IMG/VR virus record: IMGVR_UViG_3300012952_003952
Span: 160,001 to 224,000 of that record
Direction: 5' to 3' (one strand)
DNA length: 64,000 nt
DNA from: a virus
Taxonomy: Duplodnaviria; Caudoviricetes
Shown here: positions 30,355-38,663 of the stretch, one piece after another
Layout: each line of letters starts with the position of its first letter
Numbering within the stretch: the stretch's first letter is position 1
Notes under the pieces: model-generated
The model's input: the letters and a program-made list of their open reading frames with translations, nothing else
Databases searched by the model: none
What the model was told of the DNA's origin: nothing
Translations under genes and position numbers: made by a program

Positions 30355-31545
30355 ATGCCAAAAAACAAGTCAATTAGAGTTGCAATCGTCGGAGTCGGAA
30401 ATTGTGCTAATTCCTTTTACCAGGGCTTAACGTATTATGCGGGGTACACCGCTGGACAAGAGCGCGATGGAGTGATGAAGAGCCGAATCGGAGGATATTC
30501 GGTAGCTGATCTCGAGGTTGTAGCAGCATTCGACGTTGATAAACGAAAAGTTGGAAAGTGTTTTAGAGAAGCTATGCTAGCCAAACCAAACTGTACTCCA
30601 AGCTATGAGGCAAATGTTCCTGACGGTCCCGTAGTTCAAATGGGCCCAATCATGGACGGTGTTCCAAATTTGATGGCTAATTATTCTGATGAAGAAGCGT
30701 TTAGAACTGCTGATTTAGAACCAGTAGATGTGGCTCAAGTGTTATTAGACCGCAAAGTGGATATTCTTATCAACTATCTTCCTGTTGGTTCTCAGAAGGC
30801 CACCGAGTGGTATGCAGAACAGTGCCTTAAGACTGGAGTTTCTCTTCTTAACTGTATTCCAGTTTTTATTGCTTCTAATCCAGTTTGGGAGCAAAAGTTT
30901 ATTGATGCTGGAATTCCACTCGTTGGCGATGACATGAAATCTCAATTTGGGGCCTCTATTATGTCTCAAATGCTTCAAGAACTAGCTTTTGCTCGAGGTC
31001 TAAATGTTAAAGCTCACATTCAGCGAAATGTCGGTGGCAATACTGATTTCTTGAACATGGTAGATCAATCTCGGCTGAAATACAAGAAAGTTTCAAAGGA
31101 GAATGTAATTCGATCTCAACACGTAATTCGTGGTGTAGACCCCGAAGAATCTTTCCTCCATGCTGGGCCGTCTGAATATATTCGCTACTATGGAGATAAC
31201 AAGGTCGCAAACTTCCGAATTGAAATGGAGGGATTCCTTGGTGCCCCAGTTATTTTAGACGCGCAGCTTTCTGTAATTGACTCTCCTAACTCTGGAGGCG
31301 TTGTAATCGACGCCGCTCGGTATCTAAAAGTCGCCAGAGAGATGGGCATTGTAGGGGCTCTCAGAGGTCCGTCTGCTTTTACTCAGAAGACTCCGCCTCA
31401 ACAGCTTATGTTTAGTGAAACTCTTTATGAATGCGACGCTCTTTCTGATAGGAGGCTCACTCGATTTACTAAGCGCCAAACAGAAAAATACAGCGCTGAA
31501 GAGCTTTACCTATCGTGTCCAGCAGGAAACAAGGAAGTAGATTAA
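30355..31545 (+). CDS. ino1: Myo-inositol-1-phosphate synthase
   Basis: IVGVGNCANS (NAD binding), NYLPVGS, GDDMKSQFGA, GGNTDFLNM and DSPNSGGVVIDA motifs. Confidence 0.95.
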   Translation: MPKNKSIRVAIVGVGNCANSFYQGLTYYAGYTAGQERDGVMKSRIGGYSVADLEVVAAFDVDKRKVGKCFREAMLAKPNCTPSYEANVPDGPVVQMGPIMDGVPNLMANYSDEEAFRTADLEPVDVAQVLLDRKVDILINYLPVGSQKATEWYAEQCLKTGVSLLNCIPVFIASNPVWEQKFIDAGIPLVGDDMKSQFGASIMSQMLQELAFARGLNVKAHIQRNVGGNTDFLNMVDQSRLKYKKVSKENVIRSQHVIRGVDPEESFLHAGPSEYIRYYGDNKVANFRIEMEGFLGAPVILDAQLSVIDSPNSGGVVIDAARYLKVAREMGIVGALRGPSAFTQKTPPQQLMFSETLYECDALSDRRLTRFTKRQTEKYSAEELYLSCPAGNKEVD

Positions 31546-32261
31546 TGGCTAAATTGCATGAGCAAAAAGGAAAACTTTTTAATCCAGACTCTGAAGATTT
31601 TGAAGAGTGTGTAATAAAGTTTAACGGAAGGAATGGGTTTTGGTACAGACCAGGCACTTTTGATTTAAATTCTATAAGAGAGTGCAGAGACAATTATAGC
31701 GATATTGACACTTGCGGGAAAACAGTTTTAGATTTAGGAGCCAACATTGGAGGATTTTCAAGAATGGCTCTAGAAAAAGGAGCTAAAAAAGTAATAGCTT
31801 TAGAGCCATGCCCTCATAATTTTCAAATTTTAGAGATCAATGCCCCAAATGCAGAATGTCTAAATGCTGCAGTTTGCGAAAGCAAGGTAAAAGAAGTAGT
31901 TTTTCATTATGCTGGATCTAAAAGAAACTCAGTGTCGTCTTCTACTCTTAAAAGAAGAAATGCTTCTGGAGTATCTATTGCAGTACCAGGATTATCATTT
32001 TCAAGTCTTTTAGAAAAATATAGGCCAGAAATATTAAAAATAGACATTGAAGGTAAAGAGTACGACATTTTAGATTCTATTAAAGAAATTCCAGATTTCG
32101 TAGAAATAGTAGGGATTGAGTTTCACAATACTCGTAAGCCATACTCAGAATATCCAGTTAAATTTTTCCCAGAGTCCACTTGGAAGAAAGTAGAACACCC
32201 TATTTTGATGTTCGGACAGAAAAAAGTTTTAGATTACACTTTTTATAGAAAGTATGCATAG
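31545..32261 (+). CDS. FkbM-family SAM-dependent methyltransferase
   Basis: VLDLGANIGGFS, IALEP, NAAV and ILKIDIEGKE motifs; start overlaps the ino1 stop (TAATG). Confidence 0.88.
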   Translation: MAKLHEQKGKLFNPDSEDFEECVIKFNGRNGFWYRPGTFDLNSIRECRDNYSDIDTCGKTVLDLGANIGGFSRMALEKGAKKVIALEPCPHNFQILEINAPNAECLNAAVCESKVKEVVFHYAGSKRNSVSSSTLKRRNASGVSIAVPGLSFSSLLEKYRPEILKIDIEGKEYDILDSIKEIPDFVEIVGIEFHNTRKPYSEYPVKFFPESTWKKVEHPILMFGQKKVLDYTFYRKYA

Positions 32262-32270
32262 GAAATATTA

Positions 32271-32687
32271 ATGAAAGTAAATGGTTTTGATATTGATGGA
32301 GTTATCCATCTTGGAGACGGAGTCTGCGGCATTCGCCCGGGCCCTGGAGATGTTATCATCACAGGACGAAGCTTTGAAGAAGAAGCTGAGACTCTAGCTT
32401 TTCTTCGGCGCAATGGAATTAATAACCCAGTTTTTTTTAACCAGTGCCATTATGAGGAAAAATCTCGAACAGGGTCAGGAAATCATAAGGCGGAAACTAT
32501 TAAGCTTCTCCACAGAGCTGGCTTAAGCGTTCAATATTTTTTTGAAGATGATGAAGTTCAAAAAGCTGAAATTGAAAGAGGCATCGAAGAAGTCTCAACT
32601 TGGGGAATCGGAACTAAAGTTATTCACGTCAACAATCCTCATGTTAAGAAAGAAAATAGACGTCATTTAGAGGATTTAAATGAGTAA
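32271..32687 (+). CDS. Capless HAD-family phosphatase
   Basis: GFDIDGVI (DxD), ITGRS, a conserved Lys and FFEDD. Confidence 0.8.
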   Translation: MKVNGFDIDGVIHLGDGVCGIRPGPGDVIITGRSFEEEAETLAFLRRNGINNPVFFNQCHYEEKSRTGSGNHKAETIKLLHRAGLSVQYFFEDDEVQKAEIERGIEEVSTWGIGTKVIHVNNPHVKKENRRHLEDLNE

Positions 32688-34134
32688 TTCTGAACTTCTT
32701 AAAATGAGGGATGAAGAACTCTTTGCAGAGATACCCACTTACAAAAAGCAAGATTTTGTCGACTTTATAAAAGAGCTTAACAGAAGAGAGTACTTAGTAA
32801 GATTTGCAAAGTCGTGTACTTTTGACTCTTTTGAGCATTTGCCTGGAACTGGATTTAAATACGGGAACGGCTTTATAGTAGACGGCAAATCAGTACCTTA
32901 CTTCCACCCCAATCGTAGTTTTCATGATGAGATAATTTGGTTAAACGAGAACCTATTCTATAATCCCCAAGCTACGTTTGAAGATAAACTTATTAATGCG
33001 GCGATAGTGAAATTCTATGGGCCTTCTAATACCCTTAAACTAATTGCTGAGGGCACCGGCAAGAAATTCGTGGACTACAAGAGGTTCGTGGGAGATCCTA
33101 AATACTTGAGGCAGGTTTGCGTCAATTTAGAAACAGCAGTTAAGAATAAAGAAAAGATTTATGGAACAACTGAGCTTAGGACAAGCTTACAAACAGCTGG
33201 TAGAAATTATGCTAGAAGCGTTGGTTCTCCAATTGATAAAATAGAATTAATTCCAGTTTCTGAAAGGAAATCTCGTACGTGCCGTCCCTCTGATATTCTT
33301 TTTTGGTTTACTAAAATCGGCCCTGATTTTGTTAAATTTTATAAAACAACACCCAACATGGAAGAGTCTTTTAAGTTTTTAAATTCATTTCGAGGAATTG
33401 GAAATTATTATGGATACCATTTTAGTTGTAACCTTGCTCGAATGCCAGAAGTAGGAAATTTAATTTTTAAGGGAACTCCTGGAAAAATTGACGAAGACGA
33501 CGAGTATGTAGTTCCTGGGGTTGGAGCAATGCAAGCGATTAATTGGTTTTATGAACACAGGGGACACTCAATTAATACAAAAGTTGGAAAGAAATTAATC
33601 AATGCTATTCGACGTCACCAAAATAGTTTCTTTGACTTAAATAATGCTGATAATTCTAAATTCTATATGGAAAAAGTTTCTGAACTGGGATATTTTACTA
33701 ATTTTGGATGTGAAATATCTTGCTGCCAGTTTGGAGTTTATCGTCGACTAAGAGAAGATAAAAAATTAGCTCTAAGGAGAGCAGCAGCGCCAATATCAAG
33801 AGAGGAAGTAAAAATGATTCTTACGCCCAAAACACTAATGCAAAAACTCGGTCTTTTATCTGAAGAAGATTCTAATGTTGAAAATAAAAATCAAAGTATT
33901 GAAAAAGATTCTTCACTAGATTTTTCTTCGACTAGCAAAGAAGACTTGATCCTTAACATCATTGATGAAGCTGGAGGTTCTTGTTCACATTCTTCAGTTG
34001 CTAAATTAATCGAAGAAAAAGGATACACTCAGTATAAGCAAAATGGTTCTTGGAAAGAGAGCTGGATGATAATGAGGCAACTTGTTGAAAAGGGGGCCTT
34101 AGTAAAAGACGGAAAATTTTATCGGAGGTCATAG
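32680..34134 (+). CDS. aGPT-Pplase / 5-HMUDK-helical-like DNA base-modifying enzyme (HhH-glycosylase fold) with a C-terminal winged-helix-like domain
   Basis: YFHPNRSFHD, FRGIGNYYGY, DEYVVPGVGA and EISCCQFGVYRR parallel the FTN.YR.D / PGIG.F / GPGA / LCE.DKY.R pattern recalled for this family. Confidence 0.6.
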   Translation: MSNSELLKMRDEELFAEIPTYKKQDFVDFIKELNRREYLVRFAKSCTFDSFEHLPGTGFKYGNGFIVDGKSVPYFHPNRSFHDEIIWLNENLFYNPQATFEDKLINAAIVKFYGPSNTLKLIAEGTGKKFVDYKRFVGDPKYLRQVCVNLETAVKNKEKIYGTTELRTSLQTAGRNYARSVGSPIDKIELIPVSERKSRTCRPSDILFWFTKIGPDFVKFYKTTPNMEESFKFLNSFRGIGNYYGYHFSCNLARMPEVGNLIFKGTPGKIDEDDEYVVPGVGAMQAINWFYEHRGHSINTKVGKKLINAIRRHQNSFFDLNNADNSKFYMEKVSELGYFTNFGCEISCCQFGVYRRLREDKKLALRRAAAPISREEVKMILTPKTLMQKLGLLSEEDSNVENKNQSIEKDSSLDFSSTSKEDLILNIIDEAGGSCSHSSVAKLIEEKGYTQYKQNGSWKESWMIMRQLVEKGALVKDGKFYRRS

Positions 34135-35312
34135 TGTCAGATATTAAGTGGGGAACAATTATTCCTCTTATTGGCGGAAGCGCTATAGGGTGCTCACAAG
34201 CTACTAAAAATAAACCAGAGTTTCATCTTAGCTACTCTGCTTTCGGCGCTAACGAAAAATATCTAACTGACTACTGGAAAGATGTTCCGAGAATAGTTTT
34301 AGATGAAGGTGGAAAAATACCAAACGAAAAAATTGATTTTATCAATTCTGTTTGTCCGTGCGCAGGCCTAAGCCAGCTTAATACTTCTAGAAGTAAAGAT
34401 ATGCGTGAATCTAAAAACTATTGGATGTACGAATCTGCACAGAGAATCTTAAGCGAACTACGCCCTAGAGTTTATTGGGGAGAAAATGCGCCCGGCCTTT
34501 TTACTAATTCAGGCGCGTACGTGCGTGATAAGCTTAAAGTTTTTGCTAAAGAAAACGGCTACACTTTTTCTCTTTACAAGACCGATACGCAAAGGCACGG
34601 TATTCCGCAACGCAGAGTAAGAACTTTTTACTTTTTCTGGAGAGACACTAACCCTCCTCTCTTGAGCTATTTTAATAACCCTCCCATTCCATTCGCCGAG
34701 TACATAAGACAGATACCGCAATCTGCAACCCTTCAAGATCAATTTAACATCGAAGGGAAAATCTCTGAAAATTTTGATTCTTATGCTTTTGTGTTACAAT
34801 ATCTTGGGTTGGCGCATGAAGAGTTCGTGAAGTCTAATGATTCTGGCTCTATTCACTCTATTTTTTCTTATCTATCAGAAAATAATCTTTTAGCCGAGTG
34901 TATTGAGTGGATTGAAAAAAGAAATATTGAAGAAACTGCAGAACACAGACGACTCAAAGCTATTTACAAAAAAGTTCAAGCGGGTGGAAGATTTATGGAT
35001 GCTTCTCCTGGATATTATTACAACCGCACTAATGCAATCGTAGGAAGAACCTTGACCCATTTAGTACACCCCACTGAAGACAGAGGGATGTCTATTAGAG
35101 AGCTTCTTCATATGATGGGACTGCCCCATGATTTTGAAATGGGCGATAGAAAATCTCTAAATGTAATCGCTCAAAATGTTCCAACTTGTACAGCTAGAGA
35201 TATGGCAAGTCAAGTTATAGAATACTTAAGAGGTGATTTACAAATTGCAGAAAACAGCTTTTTAATGCAAAATAACCTAAAAGAGGAGATTACATTATGC
35301 GAGCCCTTGTAA
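34134..35312 (+). CDS. C5-cytosine DNA methyltransferase homolog with a non-canonical motif I
   Basis: CPCAGLS (motif IV), GENAPG (VI), PQRRVR (VIII) and RELLHMMGLP..F / AQNVP (IX-X); motif I reads IPLIGG rather than FxGxG. Confidence 0.8.
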   Translation: MSDIKWGTIIPLIGGSAIGCSQATKNKPEFHLSYSAFGANEKYLTDYWKDVPRIVLDEGGKIPNEKIDFINSVCPCAGLSQLNTSRSKDMRESKNYWMYESAQRILSELRPRVYWGENAPGLFTNSGAYVRDKLKVFAKENGYTFSLYKTDTQRHGIPQRRVRTFYFFWRDTNPPLLSYFNNPPIPFAEYIRQIPQSATLQDQFNIEGKISENFDSYAFVLQYLGLAHEEFVKSNDSGSIHSIFSYLSENNLLAECIEWIEKRNIEETAEHRRLKAIYKKVQAGGRFMDASPGYYYNRTNAIVGRTLTHLVHPTEDRGMSIRELLHMMGLPHDFEMGDRKSLNVIAQNVPTCTARDMASQVIEYLRGDLQIAENSFLMQNNLKEEITLCEPL

Positions 35313-36283
35313 CTGGCGGATGCGGTTTTATCGGATCTTGTTTAACTAAAAAATTGGTAGATTTAGGCTGGGACGTAGAAATAGTAGATGATATGTCTAA
35401 TGGAGATTATTCTTTTTTAGAAGAGTATTCTTTTCGTAGCGTCCCTGTTCAAATGGGACATATTTTCGAAAATCAAAATTTGAAAAAAGATGACGTTATT
35501 ACTGTTTTGGTAGGAGATTTTGTTAGCCAAGAAGTTGTTAGAAGGATTGTTGAAAAAAAATATGACGTAATTTTTCACCTTGCAGCTAACCCAAGAGTAG
35601 AATACTCGGTGCAAAATCCGCTAGAGACTACAGACGAAAACCTTACAAAGACCATAAGGCTTTTTACTCATGCTGTGGGTAATGTCAAGAGAGTTGTTTT
35701 TTCTTCTAGTTGCTCAGTGTATGGAGACCCTTGGAGTCTTCCAACTACAGAAAGCCATGGAAAAAACCCTAACAGTCCTTATGCTCTTCAAAAGCAATGT
35801 GTTGAAGAATACGCTAAACTCTACTCAAAAATATATGATTTAGATGTAGCTTGCTTGAGGTACTTTAACGTATATGGTCCATTTCAGCATGGCGACTCTC
35901 CTTACTCTACTGCCATAGTTTCTTGGTGTGATAAAGTATCTAAGGGTTTGCCTCTTCGGAGTGATGGAGATGGCACTCAATCTAGAGACATGGTTTTTGT
36001 AGAAGATGTAGCGCGAGCTAATATTTTAGCTGCTACTAGAGAAGAAAATTTCAATGGAAAGTCTATAAACATAGGAAGCGGCGCTTCTTATACCAATAAT
36101 CAGATTTTAGATATTTTTAAAAATCAATTTGGAAATTTAGAAATCACACATGCTCCAGAACGGCCTGGAGACGTAAAGCACACGCAAGCAGATGTTAAAG
36201 AAGCTAGATCTAAATTAGGCTTTACTACTGAATACAGCTTAGAAGAAGGGTTGAAAAAGACCTTTGCTTGGTGGGACTTATAA
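35297..36283 (+). CDS. NAD-dependent nucleotide-sugar epimerase/dehydratase
   Basis: TGGCGFIG, HLAA, FSSS, YALQK (YxxxK) and RYFNVYGP motifs. Confidence 0.93.
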   Translation: MRALVTGGCGFIGSCLTKKLVDLGWDVEIVDDMSNGDYSFLEEYSFRSVPVQMGHIFENQNLKKDDVITVLVGDFVSQEVVRRIVEKKYDVIFHLAANPRVEYSVQNPLETTDENLTKTIRLFTHAVGNVKRVVFSSSCSVYGDPWSLPTTESHGKNPNSPYALQKQCVEEYAKLYSKIYDLDVACLRYFNVYGPFQHGDSPYSTAIVSWCDKVSKGLPLRSDGDGTQSRDMVFVEDVARANILAATREENFNGKSINIGSGASYTNNQILDIFKNQFGNLEITHAPERPGDVKHTQADVKEARSKLGFTTEYSLEEGLKKTFAWWDL

Positions 36284-36837
36284 TGACAAACCCTCAATTC
36301 ATTATTTTTACTGGACCGATGTTTGGAGGCAAGACCACGAGGCTATTGTCTGCTTTAGATAGATACGTTCACCAAAAGAAAGATGTTTTAGCTTTCAAGC
36401 CAGATATCGACAAAAGGTACGGGAAAGAGTCTATTAACACTCACACTGGCGGAAAGATTGATGCCATCAGAGTTGCGACTGGTGAAGATATAGCACAATG
36501 CGTTCTAGAAAAAGCAGAAAATAAGTTGGTAGAAATCATTGCAGTAGATGAAGCTTTCATGATACCCGGCTCTGCTAACGTGCTAATAAATCTTTTCAAC
36601 AAAGGATTCACTATCTTGATATCTACTTTACAGCTATGTTCTGACGGTACGTCTTATAAAGAAATTAGAGAAATGATGCCTTGGGCTACTAAAATAGAAA
36701 TCTGCCCTGCGGTTTGTACAGTGTGTGGATCCGATGCGTATTACACTTTTAAAAAAGGCGGAAATAGCCACCAGCAAATTGAAGTTGGAGGAGCTGATTT
36801 ATACGAGCCCCGCTGTTTAACTCACTTTGAATTTTGA
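36283..36837 (+). CDS. tdk: Thymidine kinase (type II)
   Basis: GPMFGGKTT, VDEA, C-terminal CxxC and GG..LYEPRC motifs. Confidence 0.9.
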   Translation: MTNPQFIIFTGPMFGGKTTRLLSALDRYVHQKKDVLAFKPDIDKRYGKESINTHTGGKIDAIRVATGEDIAQCVLEKAENKLVEIIAVDEAFMIPGSANVLINLFNKGFTILISTLQLCSDGTSYKEIREMMPWATKIEICPAVCTVCGSDAYYTFKKGGNSHQQIEVGGADLYEPRCLTHFEF

Positions 36838-36844
36838 ATAATTA

Positions 36845-36873
36845 ATGAAATTATTCCCACTTTTTATTATAAT
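36845..36873 (+). promoter_or_regulatory. Sigma70-like promoter
   Basis: ATGAAA, 17-bp spacer, TATAAT (36868-36873); GAGG RBS follows. Confidence 0.6.
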
Positions 36874-36894
36874 ATAGATAGAGGACTATGAAAT

Positions 36895-37323
36895 ATGCCT
36901 GAATACAAAAGCTCTTGGAAATCAAAATCATCTAGTCATTTGACCCCATGGGGATCTGAGATCCGGTGGGCTGCTACTTCTGGCTGTGTAGGTAAATGTT
37001 TAAGCGTAAAAAAGGGAATGAGAACCAGTTTAAAGTACTATAAAATGAAAGATGAAGTGCTATTTTTGTATCGCGGCAAAATATTGGTTACTCACGGAGA
37101 CGAGAAAACTATAGAAGATCCAACTCGCCACCCGTATGTTAAAAGCTATCTTGCTCCAGGAGAGATGGTGATAATTCAAAGCGGTTGTCCTTATAGAATA
37201 GAAGCTTTAGAAGATTCTGAAGTTATTGAGATAGGAACGAACCGCGGTGCTGGAATTGGTGACCGAGTTATGGTAGAAGATGATTTTGGTAGAGTAGAAA
37301 AACCAGAAAGTGGAGAAATATAA
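36895..37323 (+). CDS. Cupin-fold protein (sugar isomerase-like)
   Basis: TPWGSE, LAPGEMVII..G.PYRIEA and VIEI; the usual metal-binding His residues look partly replaced. Confidence 0.6.
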   Translation: MPEYKSSWKSKSSSHLTPWGSEIRWAATSGCVGKCLSVKKGMRTSLKYYKMKDEVLFLYRGKILVTHGDEKTIEDPTRHPYVKSYLAPGEMVIIQSGCPYRIEALEDSEVIEIGTNRGAGIGDRVMVEDDFGRVEKPESGEI

Positions 37324-38223
37324 ATGATCGTAAGTGATCCATCTTCAGTAAACGTGGTAATTTATCACGCCGATTGTACGGACGGTTTCGGCGCAGCATA
37401 TTCAGCTTGGAAACTCCTCGGCAATCGCGCAGAGTACTACGCTTGTAAGCACGGAACGCCACCGCCTGAAGTAAAAGACAAAAACGTTGTAATCTTAGAT
37501 TTTTCTTTTGATAATGCGACGACTAAAAAAATGATAGAAGAAGCATCTGCTTTATTGGTTATTGATCACCATAAATCAGCAGTAGTAGAGCTTCACGATA
37601 TCAGCAACACTATTTTTGATATGACAAAGTCTGGAGCTATGTTATCATGGGAATGGTTTCATCCAGGAAAAGAGCCGCCAAAATTTATAAAATACATTCA
37701 AGACAGAGATTTGTGGAAGTGGGAACTTGATTATTCTAAAGAGTTTAGCGCTGCGTTTGATATGGTGCCATTCGAGTTTGAAGAGTTTGAAAAATTTGAA
37801 GACGATTCAGTTTTTGATGATGCAGTAAAACGAGGTTCTTACATTTTAGCTTATAGTAAAACCGTCGTCAAGAAAGTATGCGAAAAAGCCCAACCTAGAA
37901 AAATGGATGGGAAAGATGTTTTGGTGGTTAACGCTTCTCACTGGATGTCTGAGATTGGCTCAAGGCTAGCTCCTGATTGTGATTTCGCAATGATATGGTA
38001 TTGGGATCATGATGCACAGCATACAAAAGTTTCTCTGAGAGCTTTTCATGACGCGGTTGATGTTTCTGAGATCTCGAAGAAGTTTGGCGGAGGTGGCCAT
38101 AAAAAAGCAGGAGGGTTTCAACTTCCTAAGAATAAACACGTAGAAGATTTATTCGACAAACCAAAACCAGCAAGAAAGAAAAGAGCTTCAAAAACAAAGG
38201 TTAAACAAGATGAGTCGTCCTAG
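37324..38223 (+). CDS. DHH/DHHA1-family phosphoesterase
   Basis: YHADCTDG, ILDF, IDHH and GGGHKKAGG motifs. Confidence 0.88.
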   Translation: MIVSDPSSVNVVIYHADCTDGFGAAYSAWKLLGNRAEYYACKHGTPPPEVKDKNVVILDFSFDNATTKKMIEEASALLVIDHHKSAVVELHDISNTIFDMTKSGAMLSWEWFHPGKEPPKFIKYIQDRDLWKWELDYSKEFSAAFDMVPFEFEEFEKFEDDSVFDDAVKRGSYILAYSKTVVKKVCEKAQPRKMDGKDVLVVNASHWMSEIGSRLAPDCDFAMIWYWDHDAQHTKVSLRAFHDAVDVSEISKKFGGGGHKKAGGFQLPKNKHVEDLFDKPKPARKKRASKTKVKQDESS

Positions 38224-38614
38224 TTGGGATCAGATCTGGATGAATTTTGCAGAATCTATTTCTGAAAGATCTTATGATCCAAGGTTTCAAGTTGGAGCAG
38301 TCGTTGTAACTGAAGACAACAGCCAGGTTTTAGCTGTTGGATACAATGGAAATTATGCCGGCGGACCCAATCAAGTAGAGTCAGAAACCCCTGGAGAGTC
38401 TGGTATGCTACATGCTGAAATTAATGCGCTCTTAAAAATGGATTATAATAACCCTAAAAAGAAAAAGCTTTATTTAACTCTATCGCCTTGTAGAATGTGC
38501 GCAAAGGCTATAATTAATAGTGGAATTAAAGAAGTAGTCTACGCTGAAGCTTACAGGGATCTTTCGGGGATAAAACTTTTAAAAGAATGTGGCATATCAG
38601 TAAGACACTTTTGA
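38210..38614 (+). CDS. dCMP deaminase
   Basis: HAEINAL and PCRMC zinc-binding motifs, GYNG. Confidence 0.92.
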   Translation: MSRPSWDQIWMNFAESISERSYDPRFQVGAVVVTEDNSQVLAVGYNGNYAGGPNQVESETPGESGMLHAEINALLKMDYNNPKKKKLYLTLSPCRMCAKAIINSGIKEVVYAEAYRDLSGIKLLKECGISVRHF

Positions 38615-38663
38615 TTCAGAACTTAATATGTAGTAATGAATTGTAAGCAATGAGGTTGATATA

